Shown here: positions 19,613 through 29,963 of the stretch, in pieces
Numbering within the stretch: position 1 is the stretch's first letter
Layout: the number at the start of each line of letters is the position of its first letter
Assembly (NCBI GenBank): GCA_001792535.1
Contig: MGGS01000018.1
Span: forward strand, 3,432-67,431
From: Candidatus Woesebacteria bacterium RIFCSPHIGHO2_02_FULL_42_20
Lineage (GTDB): Bacteria > Patescibacteriota > Microgenomatia > UBA8517
Length of the DNA: 64,000 nucleotides
Direction of reading: 5' to 3'
The notes under the pieces: model-generated
The model's database searches: none
Seen by the model: only the letters and a program-made list of their open reading frames with translations
Told to the model about the DNA's origin: nothing
Program-made: the position numbers and the translations under genes

Positions 19613-21460
19613 TCACCAACTTCCCCCCCCACCTCCGCCGAAGCCTCCTCCCCCACCTCCGCCGGAAAATCCCGACCCGCCCGACCAACTGCCTGAACCT
19701 GACCACTTCCCGCTCGGGCTTGATATTAATGTATCGGCAAACCCCAACTCAAAGCCGGCGTACCAACCATAAAAGTTAAAAGTCCCGATGCTGTCAAAGT
19801 ATGAAGGCGGAGTGATAGACAAATCCTCCATATCGCTTGTTAACTTTGTCACCACCCCAAGCGCTATCGCCAAAGGAAATATATTTTCCAAAAACAAGTG
19901 CTTCTCGTGAATTTCCTGCCGCCATTTCCCAATCTCAATAAAATGTCTAAGCCCGGTTATTTGCCTGTATACGGAATAACCCCACGCGGTCTTGCGGGGC
20001 ATTGCGCGGGCGACGAATAAACCTGCCGGTATAGTCAAAACCAATACTATTACAGGAAAAACATTTCCGCTTACTTCGACAAAAAATGACAAAGTTACAA
20101 ATCCCAAAATGTATAAAACCACAGTGGTTGTGTACCAAAATGCCCGCACTGTTTCAGGGTTTCTGTCAAAAACACCCTGGTTAATCAGGCTCTCGTAAAC
20201 TTTCTTTTTAAAAGGATCGAGAACCACATAGAACTGATTTTTGAGTGCCGACATCAAAACATATTCCTTGTCGATTAAATGTTTTTGAGCCGTCTTTAAT
20301 TTGTCGGGCAGGTTGTTAAATTTCTTCTCGGCAATGGGAATACTTTTAAATATCAAATTGCTCCTGAAAAGTTCATTTAACAAATACTTCTGGTACTCCC
20401 GTAGTTTCGATCTATCCTTATCCAGTTTTATAAACTCAAAATCTGTCTTTTTTCTCAAAAACCTTTTTTCCTCTAAACGAACAATTTTAAGGTATCCGAG
20501 TCGCGCAAGCTCGACTATTTCAGCGACAATGTCGTGTATGTCTATTTTTTCATCGACTATTGTCCCCACTTGGGAAGGTGTAAACCCGTCAATCGGGTGG
20601 TATACAAGAGGAAGATATTCCCTTTTAAAAATTGCCACATCAATCTCTTTTGAGTCTTGCGGCTTGTAATAAATATTTCCTTCGGCGTACTTTCTATCTC
20701 TGCCCTTCTTATACCAAAACAGTCCCAAAGTAATTAAGGGAACCAACGCAACCGGATAACCCCAGTTGTCCAGTAAAACAAAAGCTGTGTTTTTAATTAT
20801 TCCGGGGAATATCAAATCGTTACTCTTATCCAAACCGACAACAACGGTTAGCCCACCCTGGAAATTTAAAGGATTACTCAAACTAAAACTTGCCCTCCGG
20901 TCACTATATGTACTGACACATCCAAAACACTCGATTTGATTAATTGAAGCGTAAGGCGACTCTATAATCGCTGAAGATTTATTTATAATAGTATCCCACT
21001 GGGTTCCCGTTACATTCCAATAAAGCTCTTCGTGGGTATCAAAGCGCTGTAATACTCTGCTCACCTGGTATTTAATTAAATAAACCTGTCTACCGACAAC
21101 AGTTCTGTCGGGATCGCCAATTTTTAACTGAATACTTTGTTTGTAACGACTAGTATCATAGTGAATAGGGGTGCCTTGGTCACTTGTGACAGAAGTTACC
21201 GTTAATTTGGAGTTAATACTCCGGCCGTTTGCCGTATAGTACACGGGAATTATCCTGAATATTCCGTGTTTGGGAACGGTAAAATGTGTTTCGATCCTCT
21301 CGTCAACAGTCAATGTCGTGTCTTTGTTAATTACAACATTGCTTTCGAAATTATTAATAATATACTCGCTATTAGCTGTCCCGAACTCTGCAGAAACATC
21401 TTTCGCGAAAAAGAGAACTAAAAGTGTTAAGATAACATATAGAAAATAAAATTTTCTCAT
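19613..21460 (-). CDS. DUF2207-family membrane protein with Gly-rich C-terminal tail
   Basis: Signal peptide (MRKFYFLYVILTLLVLFFA), large extracytoplasmic domain, TM helices, C-terminal GSGSWSGGSGFSGGGGGGGFGGGGGGSW. Confidence 0.55.
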   Translation of the reverse strand: MRKFYFLYVILTLLVLFFAKDVSAEFGTANSEYIINNFESNVVINKDTTLTVDERIETHFTVPKHGIFRIIPVYYTANGRSINSKLTVTSVTSDQGTPIHYDTSRYKQSIQLKIGDPDRTVVGRQVYLIKYQVSRVLQRFDTHEELYWNVTGTQWDTIINKSSAIIESPYASINQIECFGCVSTYSDRRASFSLSNPLNFQGGLTVVVGLDKSNDLIFPGIIKNTAFVLLDNWGYPVALVPLITLGLFWYKKGRDRKYAEGNIYYKPQDSKEIDVAIFKREYLPLVYHPIDGFTPSQVGTIVDEKIDIHDIVAEIVELARLGYLKIVRLEEKRFLRKKTDFEFIKLDKDRSKLREYQKYLLNELFRSNLIFKSIPIAEKKFNNLPDKLKTAQKHLIDKEYVLMSALKNQFYVVLDPFKKKVYESLINQGVFDRNPETVRAFWYTTTVVLYILGFVTLSFFVEVSGNVFPVIVLVLTIPAGLFVARAMPRKTAWGYSVYRQITGLRHFIEIGKWRQEIHEKHLFLENIFPLAIALGVVTKLTSDMEDLSITPPSYFDSIGTFNFYGWYAGFELGFADTLISSPSGKWSGSGSWSGGSGFSGGGGGGGFGGGGGGSW

Positions 21461-21698
21461 GTATATCAATGATATCCTAATAAAGTTAATCCGGAAATAC
21501 CAAATGTCTTTGTCCCCAATTCTCAAAGAAAATGGGTGGAAATGCTTATATAATCCCACATGCTCCGATCATGCAGTTGATTGTCTGAATAAATATAACT
21601 TTTTAAAAGCAGGACCAATTATTTTATTTAGAATACTGCGTTGTAATCCGATTAATGCACGCATCAAAAACCGTAAGGAGGTGACAGACCATCACTAA
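21459..21698 (+). CDS. yidD: membrane protein insertion efficiency factor YidD
   Basis: LIRKYQMSLSPIL...CLYNPTCSDHAVDCLNKYNFLKAGPIILFRILRCNP matches the YidD/haemolytic-domain family. Confidence 0.65.
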   Translation: MYINDILIKLIRKYQMSLSPILKENGWKCLYNPTCSDHAVDCLNKYNFLKAGPIILFRILRCNPINARIKNRKEVTDHH

Positions 21699-21935
21699 AG
21701 AATATAAAACACTTACTTTTAAAGATGACGAAAAAGGTAGAACCGAAATGGGGCAATGGATGGATGAACTCGCGAACACCGGTTGGGAAGTTAAAAGTAA
21801 AGAAGTCACTCAGCAAGGTTGGGATTTCTACAAGACATGTTGCCTCGGAGCATTATTTCTTCCCCTGGCGCTTTTGGGCAAGAAGGAAAACGTTATACAG
21901 GTAATTATGGAAAGAGAAGTTAAAGAAAAAACAAA

Positions 21936-23621
21936 ATGAATTGGAGATTTTATTGGTCAAACTGGATCTTTGGGGGACTATTTGGGATTATATTGGGTGC
22001 GTTTCTCCCATGGTTCACAATAGGAATACCGTTTATCCTCTCGGAAAATGTTTACGGCCTCCAAGCCGGCGGTCAGTATACACTAGTTTTGGGCTGGATA
22101 GGCATAAGTGCGCTAAGCTTAGTTTTATCACAAAAACTCTCTTTTAAACTTTTTTTCTTTATAGAGTTATTGATAGCCTCCGCAAGTTTACTTTTCTGTC
22201 TTTATATCGCCGGAGTTTTTAACCGTATAGTAGGCTTTGCAAGTATCCTAAGCACACTTCTTGCAGGTTTTGGCGTATCGAGCTTAGCCGGCACAGGTAT
22301 TGGCTTATATATCACAATCTTGGGATCAACCTTTGTGATAATCGGCCTCATCAAGTTCCAGAAAGGCGGAAAAGATAACGAGGAAGAATACGAAATCCGT
22401 CCAGCATTCATAGGATATTTATTAAGATCCTATTCGAGATTGATTTCTATAATACCTCTAAAAATCTACGGATTGGTCTTCCTTCTCATTGTGACATTTG
22501 CTACAGGATCGCTCGTTGTCGATAAACTTGGCATTACTGCCCGAAAAGAAAATAGGGAAGTTAATGAAACAATAAATTTTTCAACTATTAAAGAGAGTTC
22601 TGATTCACTTCCCGCAACTGTTAGTTATATTAAACAAAAAGGTGTACCTGGCACGCGCAAAGTAACTCTCCAAAATATATATGACAAAGAAGGTAATATT
22701 AAAGAGACGCGAACAATTTCTTCCGTAATTACCCAGAACCCAATTGACCAAATCATAGTTGAAGGGACAGTCTCCTCCTATTCCTCGGCGCAGGACCTGA
22801 GGCAAAAGGCACAACAGTTTTACGAAAACTACAAAAACAAAAATTATTCAAAAGTTAGCAACTGGTTTAAGCGGGCAACGGCCGGGAGAGAGTTAGTATA
22901 CAGCGAGGAAAAAATTGAAAAAGCCGTATCCGAATCTAAATTTGAAATAAAAGAGGTTACAGTCGGTATGCCCGAAATAACTTTCCCTTACGCAAAAACA
23001 TATGAAAGTAAGGACGAAATCGTAATTTTAGCCTCTATACCAATCGAACTTAAAAGTGAGAGTGTCTTTTACAAAGAAAAAGTAACCAATTTTAAAGCGA
23101 TCTCCTATTTTGACTTTGAAAACAAAGACTGGTTATTCTCGCCCATCGGACCTGTTTCTGTCACAGACGGCACGGGGGTTAACAAATTCACTGCCACCAT
23201 AGGAGCTGATAAACAGGAAATAGAGGGGGAAATTGGCATCCCAAAAGTTTTTCAATGGATTCCAATCGAAGAAGACTCTTATGAAAAATTCAGGCTGCAT
23301 ATTTATCTTGTCATTAACGGCGGGTTTATGGACGGTAAAAAAATAAGCAGAATAGAATTTCAGGATGTTCGTGATGACTTGGGTTACAGTCACGGTGGTT
23401 ACTACAAAGCAGATCCTTTTTATAAAAGAGGCGACAAGGACTCGGGAATCGGTCCGAATGTATGGGTTTATATAGAAACAACTATCGGAAAAGTCATTGA
23501 AGCCAAAACAATATCAATTAAAGTAACTAGGGTTTTTGAAAAACCGGTTTATTCGTATGAAGATCCAGGAATTGAAGCGTCGCCCAAAGAGTTCACCATT
23601 ACCGGGATTAAGATTAATTAA
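21936..23621 (+). CDS. polytopic membrane protein with extracytoplasmic G5-like domain
   Basis: N-terminal half of TM helices; mid-region TVSYIKQKGVPGTRKVTLQNIYDKEGNIKETRTISSVITQNPIDQIIVEGT is G5-like. Confidence 0.35.
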   Translation: MNWRFYWSNWIFGGLFGIILGAFLPWFTIGIPFILSENVYGLQAGGQYTLVLGWIGISALSLVLSQKLSFKLFFFIELLIASASLLFCLYIAGVFNRIVGFASILSTLLAGFGVSSLAGTGIGLYITILGSTFVIIGLIKFQKGGKDNEEEYEIRPAFIGYLLRSYSRLISIIPLKIYGLVFLLIVTFATGSLVVDKLGITARKENREVNETINFSTIKESSDSLPATVSYIKQKGVPGTRKVTLQNIYDKEGNIKETRTISSVITQNPIDQIIVEGTVSSYSSAQDLRQKAQQFYENYKNKNYSKVSNWFKRATAGRELVYSEEKIEKAVSESKFEIKEVTVGMPEITFPYAKTYESKDEIVILASIPIELKSESVFYKEKVTNFKAISYFDFENKDWLFSPIGPVSVTDGTGVNKFTATIGADKQEIEGEIGIPKVFQWIPIEEDSYEKFRLHIYLVINGGFMDGKKISRIEFQDVRDDLGYSHGGYYKADPFYKRGDKDSGIGPNVWVYIETTIGKVIEAKTISIKVTRVFEKPVYSYEDPGIEASPKEFTITGIKIN

Positions 23622-24555
23622 ATTGTTCCTACGGACCAAGCAAAGAGTCATACCCCATTTATCAAAATCCACGGAATATTCGTTGCATTTAAATTCTTTT
23701 ATTAGCTAGCCAATAGCCAATGTCTTCTTCCGCAAAAAAACTAAGACAAATCCTTCGACCCGCTTTCCCCAACAAGTTCCGGTCATCGCCGCAACTCGCT
23801 TACCAAAGTCGTCTCTTTCCATTATTAAATATTGTATACTACCTCGATGAGTCGCGAAACTCCCTCCGGGGTTCAAAGACCGGTTTTGGGAAAGAAGTAC
23901 TTTAGCTACCATTTTATCCAGTGGAAAATTTCACAAGTGCCAACAAATAATCCCTTTTTGACAGACAGTCTTCGCGAGCCCAGCGTCGGCATACCATGCA
24001 ATGCCACCCGAATACTCGACGACATGCAGTGCGTCAAAAGGCAAGGAACGGCTACGCCTACGAACAATACGATTATTTGGAAAAGAGCTTTTAACCCGCA
24101 AACTGACGGAACAGGAAACTGCGACGGTTGCCCAATGTTAGGAAAGAAGTCCGGCTGTATTATTTACGACGCCTCGTAAAGTTCTTAACTACCAAACGCT
24201 TGCAAACTACGCCTGAAGTTTCTCAGTAGGACCCAGCAAACTGTCGCAGTGAGCAAGTTTTTCCCTCATAACAAATAAATCCTTTCCTTCTTCGCTTAGT
24301 GCCCACTCAGCCTCAGCCACACACTCGGATCCTATATATGCCTCTACCCGGTCTCCCGCTTGCTCAATCGTTCTCATGTTCCTGTCTCTGGCCACTAATG
24401 CAGCACCATAAGCCATCGCATACATACTTCGCATCCTCGCACTGTCAAAATACCTCTCACTCATAGCCCTATTCTACACCTAATTACAAAAATCCTATAG
24501 TATCAATGGGGTTGCAAAGAGCTTTAATTTTTCATATAATTCATCTCATTAAGTT

Positions 24556-24765
24556 ATGAGGTGGCAACCACAACTCAATCAATGTTATTACGACCTTCAA
24601 GAGTTATTGGACAGCTTGTGTGAGGAATCAAGAGAGGCAAGTTTGGAAAACTTTCGAGCCCTAGCTCAAAGGAGGGTGTCAGAGCTATTTCCGCCATTGC
24701 GAACCACTACCAAGACAGAAGTTATTACTGTTCACAAACAAGGCCCAGAAGGTGAGCCAGAATAA
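24556..24765 (+). CDS. hypothetical small protein
   Basis: 69-aa ORF ending directly at the S8 protease start; weak. Confidence 0.2.
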   Translation: MRWQPQLNQCYYDLQELLDSLCEESREASLENFRALAQRRVSELFPPLRTTTKTEVITVHKQGPEGEPE

Positions 24766-26001
24766 ATGAGAAAAATATTAATTTCGGCATCTGCTTTTTT
24801 TCTGATTCTGTTTCTGGCCTCTTTTGATCTTTTCTCCCCGCGCGCGCAGGCCCAAGACGAAAACGGCCACATTCCGGGCCAAGTCCTTGTAAAATTTAAA
24901 GACGGAACCACGAAAGCCAAGAAGGAGAATTTATTAAGAAGTAACCGAGCCCAGGTGGTTGGTAACCTTGAAGCTCTCGGGGTGTCGGTACTGCAAGTCC
25001 CTGGTGTTGCAGAAGAGAGGATAGTTACAGCGCTTTCCAAAAACCCCAACGTCGAATATGCCGAATTAGACTATATCGCCGAGGCTTTCCTTATCCCAAA
25101 CGATACATACTTTAGCCTAAATCAATGGGGTCTTGAAAACACAGGTCAAACTATTAAAGGTGTTGCGGGAAAAATTGACGCCGACGTCAACGGCCCGACT
25201 GCTTGGGAGGTAACCCTTGGAGGAGTGAAAGTTGCAATCCTTGATACCGGCATTGACCAGGACCATGTAGATTTGTCGGCAAAAATTGTTCTGCAGCAAA
25301 ACTTCACAGACTCACCAACAATTAACGACCTTTACGGGCACGGCACCCACGTCGGAGGAATTGTGGCTGCGGTTACCAACAACAACACGGGCGTTGCCGG
25401 AGGTTGCCCTGCTTGCGAACTTATGAACGGAAAAGTCTTAAATGACAAAGGGTCAGGCGCTTACTCATGGATCGCAAACGGCATTACCTGGGCCACAGAC
25501 AACGGAGCCAAGGTAGTCAACATGAGCCTTGGCGGGTCCGCCAGATCCGCTACTTTGGAAAACGCGGTAAATTATGCCTGGAATCGCGGAGTCGTGGTTA
25601 TTGCGGCAGCAGGAAACTCGGCCAATCCATCCAAAACGTATCCTGCAGCCTATACCAATGCAATTGCCGTGGCCGCAACCAACAACAAAGACCAGAAAGC
25701 ATCATTTTCAAGTTACGGAGCAAAGTGGGTCGATGTAGCAGCCCCGGGAGAAAACATCTTTTCTACTTTTCCCAACCACCCTTATAAAATAAATAAATCC
25801 CTGAGTTACGATTTTGGCTCAGGTACATCTATGGCCACGCCGATGACCTCAGCTGTGGCTGCACTCATCTGGTCAACGCCTTACGGAACCTCTGCTTCCA
25901 TGGTCAGAAACAGACTCCAGGCAACCGCTGATAAAATTCCCGGTACCGGGACTTACTGGTCCGCCGGCCGCGTCAATGCCGCCAACGCCATTTCCCCATG
26001 A
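24766..26001 (+). CDS. secreted subtilisin-like serine protease (S8) with N-terminal propeptide
   Basis: Signal peptide; catalytic triad contexts VAILDTGID, HGTHVGGIVAA, GTSMATPMTSAVAAL. SD gaaggtga 13 nt upstream. Confidence 0.9.
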   Translation: MRKILISASAFFLILFLASFDLFSPRAQAQDENGHIPGQVLVKFKDGTTKAKKENLLRSNRAQVVGNLEALGVSVLQVPGVAEERIVTALSKNPNVEYAELDYIAEAFLIPNDTYFSLNQWGLENTGQTIKGVAGKIDADVNGPTAWEVTLGGVKVAILDTGIDQDHVDLSAKIVLQQNFTDSPTINDLYGHGTHVGGIVAAVTNNNTGVAGGCPACELMNGKVLNDKGSGAYSWIANGITWATDNGAKVVNMSLGGSARSATLENAVNYAWNRGVVVIAAAGNSANPSKTYPAAYTNAIAVAATNNKDQKASFSSYGAKWVDVAAPGENIFSTFPNHPYKINKSLSYDFGSGTSMATPMTSAVAALIWSTPYGTSASMVRNRLQATADKIPGTGTYWSAGRVNAANAISP

Positions 26002-26076
26002 AACTAGACTTCCTCTTTTTACCATTTTGTATTACAATCTTTCAAAGATGGGGGGTGAGACAAAAAGTTAGATAAC

Positions 26077-26283
26077 ATGTTAAATACCATACAAACAAAC
26101 GGCGCTAACGGCTATATTGAAAAGTTAATTTTGCAGGAAGGTGAAGACCCAGACACTTCAGTAAGCGACACAGGCGATGCCGGGCAAACACAAGAAGGTG
26201 AAGCAGAGGTGAATGAGACGTTGGGAGGCAATATTATTACTGGGGATGGAGGCGATAGCGGCGATCCTATAAATGCAAAATAA
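26077..26283 (+). CDS. small acidic Gly/Asp/Thr-rich hypothetical peptide
   Basis: 68-aa ORF between the S8 protease and the camelysin-like genes; weak RBS. Confidence 0.2.
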   Translation: MLNTIQTNGANGYIEKLILQEGEDPDTSVSDTGDAGQTQEGEAEVNETLGGNIITGDGGDSGDPINAK

Positions 26284-26427
26284 CAGTAAGAAAATATAGT
26301 CCAAAAAGACATACTTGACAGATGTCTTCCTAAAGCTTATTTTGTTAATTAGAAACTTTACTTCTTAAAGTCCTACCGCAAACGGAAGACTAGGAAGAAA
26401 ACAATCTGCCCCTAAGTATTTTGTGTC

Positions 26428-27768
26428 ATGAAAAGAAGCTTATTAAGTCTTCTGGTAATCGGAGTAGTGGCTGCTGCCGCATTGGGCTTGTCCCGGTCTT
26501 TTTTCTCTGACACCGAAACCTCCTCAGGGAATACTTTCGAAGCCGGCGCTATTGATCTTCTCATTGACAACGTAAGTTATCTAAACGGCAGTTTGAATGA
26601 TGGTACAACCTGGACGCTTGACAACCTCCCCGGTCACTTGTTTTTTAACTTTTTAGACCTTAAACCCGATGACGAAGGAGAGGATACTATTAGTATTCAT
26701 GTCAACAACAACGACGCCTGGGCTTGCATGGAAATGAAGCTCACCGCTAACATCGACAACGGCTGTACGGAGCCGGAAACAGTTGACGGCGATGCCCAAT
26801 GTCCGACTCCCTTTCCATCGCCAACCGCACCGGGAGGAATCGGGGAACTTGGCGACGAAGTCAATTTTGTCTTTTGGGCCGATGACGGGGATAATGTCTT
26901 GGAGGATGATGAATTACCTGTCCTTGCACAAGGCAAGGCAAAAGACGTTCTTAATTCCAAATTTACGCTTGCCGATTCGGCTTCGAGTATTTTTCCTGAA
27001 ATCGTTGACGGGCAACCGCTCGAAGGACTGACTAACTATTACATCGCAAAAGCCTGGTGTTTCGGGACACTCGGGCTTGTCCCCGTTGCCGCAGGCAGTG
27101 GGGTAAATCCGACAGTCGCTTCAGGAATTACCTGCGACGGAACGGCTCTAAACAACATAACCCAAACCGACAAACTGACTGCAGATATCAGTTTTTCGGC
27201 TGTCCAGGCCCGCCACAATCCCGACTTTTTATGCGAACCACAGCCATCTCCCACACCAATCGCCTGTATCGAAACCTATGCGGCAACAGCGCACGAAGTT
27301 AATCAGGGTACTCGCAAAAACGGCACGGCGGTACTAGCCAATCGAAGCGTAGCATCGGCAATGTTCGGCATTCCCCAGACGACTGGAACACCATCGGATG
27401 CCGGTTTCCCAGCCGGGTCATTCTATAGCCTCGGGTTTAATATTGGCAGCTTGGAGGGCGGAAGCGTAGTCCTTGGATTTACCAACCCATTCTACCCAAA
27501 TCCGGCGGGGGCAGACCTGCAAGTTTTTGAAGTCACGGGCGGGACTTACCCCGATGAAAAAGTCAAAGTTGAAGTCGGCACAACTTCAGCCGGTCCCTGG
27601 ACAGTAGTTTCGGCCGCAGCCATCCGCGACGAAGACATTGAAATTCCAGCCGGGTCTTGGCAATTTGTAAGACTGACCGATGTCAGCAATATTGCCCTTT
27701 TTGAATCAACTGCAGATGCTTATGACGTGGATGCCGTCAGGGCTTTGTGCGGAACACCAGGGGATTAA
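26428..27768 (+). CDS. camelysin/TasA-family (peptidase M73-like) secreted protein with SipW-cognate signal peptide
   Basis: Signal peptide, then SRSFFSDTETSSGNTFEAGAIDLLIDN. This matches the CalY/TasA N-terminus (AFFSDxExSxxNTFxAGTLDL). A later LKPDDEGEDTISIHVNNNDAWAC segment is also family-typical. Confidence 0.65.
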   Translation: MKRSLLSLLVIGVVAAAALGLSRSFFSDTETSSGNTFEAGAIDLLIDNVSYLNGSLNDGTTWTLDNLPGHLFFNFLDLKPDDEGEDTISIHVNNNDAWACMEMKLTANIDNGCTEPETVDGDAQCPTPFPSPTAPGGIGELGDEVNFVFWADDGDNVLEDDELPVLAQGKAKDVLNSKFTLADSASSIFPEIVDGQPLEGLTNYYIAKAWCFGTLGLVPVAAGSGVNPTVASGITCDGTALNNITQTDKLTADISFSAVQARHNPDFLCEPQPSPTPIACIETYAATAHEVNQGTRKNGTAVLANRSVASAMFGIPQTTGTPSDAGFPAGSFYSLGFNIGSLEGGSVVLGFTNPFYPNPAGADLQVFEVTGGTYPDEKVKVEVGTTSAGPWTVVSAAAIRDEDIEIPAGSWQFVRLTDVSNIALFESTADAYDVDAVRALCGTPGD

Positions 27769-27869
27769 AAAATGCTAAAAACAAAACAGATAGTTAATAT
27801 TACGATCACGTTATTAAATGCTGCCCTTATTTTCGTAATGGTTAATTTTATAACCACGAAATAAGATAG

Positions 27870-28754
27870 TTGGGTTTTTACCCTAGATTGGTGGTGAGTA
27901 ATATAAGAAAAATTTTACTTAGTTTGCTTTCTATTTCAGCAGTCGCGCTTTTGGCATTCGGCGCCTCGCGAGCTTTCTTTAGCGATGAGGAAACATCAAC
28001 AGGTAATACTTTCGTCGCAGGTGCTATTGATTTACAAATTGATAGCCAATGTCATTATTTCACTGATGAGGATGCTGACGGACAATACCTTGATGTTGGT
28101 TGTTTTACGCCAGCAAGTCCAGAACCAATACCATTCGGTAATTGGCAACTTGGTAATTTGACAACTGAAAAGTTCTTCAATTTTGCTGATGTCAAACCTG
28201 GCGACTGGGGCGAAAATACTATCAGCTTACACGTCTACAACAACGACGCGTGGGCATGTTTAGATATTAGCCCTCTAGCAGATCTGGACAATAGTATCAC
28301 CGAACCTGAGGATGAAGTCGACCTAGCTTTGCCAAGTAACGACGGGACTCCTGATGGAGACTTGGCAGAAAACCTTGAGTTTTTTGCTTGGAGGGACGAT
28401 GGAGACAATGTATTTGAACCACAAGGAAATCCATTGGAAATTCCACTCTTTTCAAACATCAGTGGCCCCGCAAGCGACGTCCTTAGTGGTAGAACTTACA
28501 CCCTCGCGGCACCGGGATCGCCAAATGTTTTTACGGGGGTTGTTGGAGACCCATTAGTTGGTAGTAACAACTACTACATTGGATTAGCATGGTGTGCAGG
28601 TGACTTAAGCGTCGATTTGGGTACTGGAGTAATTACCTGTAATGGATTGACAATGGGTAATATTGCTCAGACAGACTCCGTTTCTGCAGACTTAACATTT
28701 AGGACTGAACAGTCGAGAAACAATCCAGACTTTGACTGTGAAACAGAACTGTAA
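27870..28754 (+). CDS. camelysin/TasA-family secreted protein (paralogue)
   Basis: SRAFFSDEETSTGNTFVAGAIDLQIDS and VKPGDWGENTISLHVYNNDAWAC; paralogous to 26428..27768. Confidence 0.65.
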   Translation: MGFYPRLVVSNIRKILLSLLSISAVALLAFGASRAFFSDEETSTGNTFVAGAIDLQIDSQCHYFTDEDADGQYLDVGCFTPASPEPIPFGNWQLGNLTTEKFFNFADVKPGDWGENTISLHVYNNDAWACLDISPLADLDNSITEPEDEVDLALPSNDGTPDGDLAENLEFFAWRDDGDNVFEPQGNPLEIPLFSNISGPASDVLSGRTYTLAAPGSPNVFTGVVGDPLVGSNNYYIGLAWCAGDLSVDLGTGVITCNGLTMGNIAQTDSVSADLTFRTEQSRNNPDFDCETEL

Positions 28755-28811
28755 GTTTGGAAACTTAGCTCTTGTCCTGCAACCGCGGGACGAGGGCAAG
28801 CCGGAGGATCG

Positions 28812-29963
28812 ATGTCAAATAAGATATCGGGATTCCGGCTTGCCATGGATATAAAAATCTCCAAAGTCATCTATAACACCATCATCTTCCTGATACTCGC
28901 CGCATCGGGCTTTTTGCTTTTTGTTTACTTCGGCAAATTTGATTTTGCCAGCGCTTACATTGTCACCTCGGGATCAATGGCGCCGGCGATTGATACCGGC
29001 AGTATAGTTTTTTCGGTCAAAAGCGACACTTATAAGCCAGGAGATATTATTACATTCACTAACGGCGACAATAAAACCCACATTACTCACCGTATTATTT
29101 ATAAAGATTACCAAAATAACAACTTCATAACTTCAGGCGACGCCAATGAAGACTTGGATCGCTGGACTGTCACCTCCGAAAACGTCAAAGGCAAGGTTTT
29201 ATTCACCATTCCCTACGCGGGGTACCTTGCCAACTTTGCCAAAGAGCCATACGGCTTTATTCTCTTTATCATCGTCCCGGCGACGATAATAATCTACGAG
29301 GAACTTAAACAATTAATCAGTGAATCAATAAAATCAGTAAAGTCATTATTAAGAAAAAAGAGAAGAATATTAACTAATAAGATAAACCTGCTTCCGCAAA
29401 AAAATAATTTCGCTTTGCCCAAAATCGCCATCGCTATCCCGCTTGTGGGCAGCTTCATAGTTTTCGCCTCGCTTTCGGGGTCTTTTTTCTCGGACATTGA
29501 AAACAGCATTGAAAATGTCTTGTCTGCAGCCACTAATTTTGCGACTGCCGGGCCAACGCCCACACCCGCGCCGACAGCGCAAAACCCGATAATCAACGAG
29601 CTCCTACCAAACCCAGATCCGCCATCTGATCCTGAATGGATTGAGCTTTACAATCCAAACAATGCAGGATTTGATCTTACAGGTTGGAATTTGGTCGATG
29701 CCGCCAACAGTTCGCGCCCTCTGCCTTCGCAAATAATTCCGCCGCTTTCATACTTTGTTTATGAAACTCCCGAAGGTTGGTTAAACAATTCATCACCGGG
29801 AGACACTATAACCTTAATTGACCCACTTTCTAACCCCGTCGATCAGTACACATATACAACTGATGTTGCCGACAACAGATCGTTTGCAAGAATACCGGAC
29901 ACCAGCGGAGGCTTTGTACTTTGTCAGATTCCAACCAAAGGCTTGACAAACATCTGTCCATGA
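28812..29963 (+). CDS. ER/archaeal-type signal peptidase I (SipW-like, S26B) fused to a C-terminal lamin-tail domain (LTD)
   Basis: N-terminal TM plus SGSMAPAIDTGSIV (Sec11/SipW SGSMEP box) and a second TM around residue 200. After that TM comes SGSFFSDIENSIEN (SipW-cognate-like motif), a PT linker, then INELLPNPDPPSDPEWIELYNPNNAGFDLTGWNLVD (LTD). Confidence 0.65.
   Translation: MSNKISGFRLAMDIKISKVIYNTIIFLILAASGFLLFVYFGKFDFASAYIVTSGSMAPAIDTGSIVFSVKSDTYKPGDIITFTNGDNKTHITHRIIYKDYQNNNFITSGDANEDLDRWTVTSENVKGKVLFTIPYAGYLANFAKEPYGFILFIIVPATIIIYEELKQLISESIKSVKSLLRKKRRILTNKINLLPQKNNFALPKIAIAIPLVGSFIVFASLSGSFFSDIENSIENVLSAATNFATAGPTPTPAPTAQNPIINELLPNPDPPSDPEWIELYNPNNAGFDLTGWNLVDAANSSRPLPSQIIPPLSYFVYETPEGWLNNSSPGDTITLIDPLSNPVDQYTYTTDVADNRSFARIPDTSGGFVLCQIPTKGLTNICP

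Noticed and set aside
19331-19696. 121-aa ORF with Ser/Pro/Thr/Ala-rich C-terminus
   Set aside because: Its last 28 codons are simply the antisense of the Gly-rich tail codons of the DUF2207 gene on the other strand. The N-terminal part may be a real small gene but the overlapping tail is probably spurious.
24100-24180. RNase P RNA P4-like string (aggaaagaagtccggctg)
   Set aside because: It only partly resembles GGAAAGUCCGG. The other universally conserved RNase P elements (AGGGUGAAA, ACAGAACCCGGCUUA) are absent nearby, and it lies inside a short ORF.
24196-24230. tmRNA tag-like sequence (gcaaactacgcc...)
   Set aside because: No tRNA-like domain (GGGG start, T-arm, CCA end) flanks it, and the resemblance to a tag-encoding sequence (GCAAACGACGAAAACUACGC) is short.
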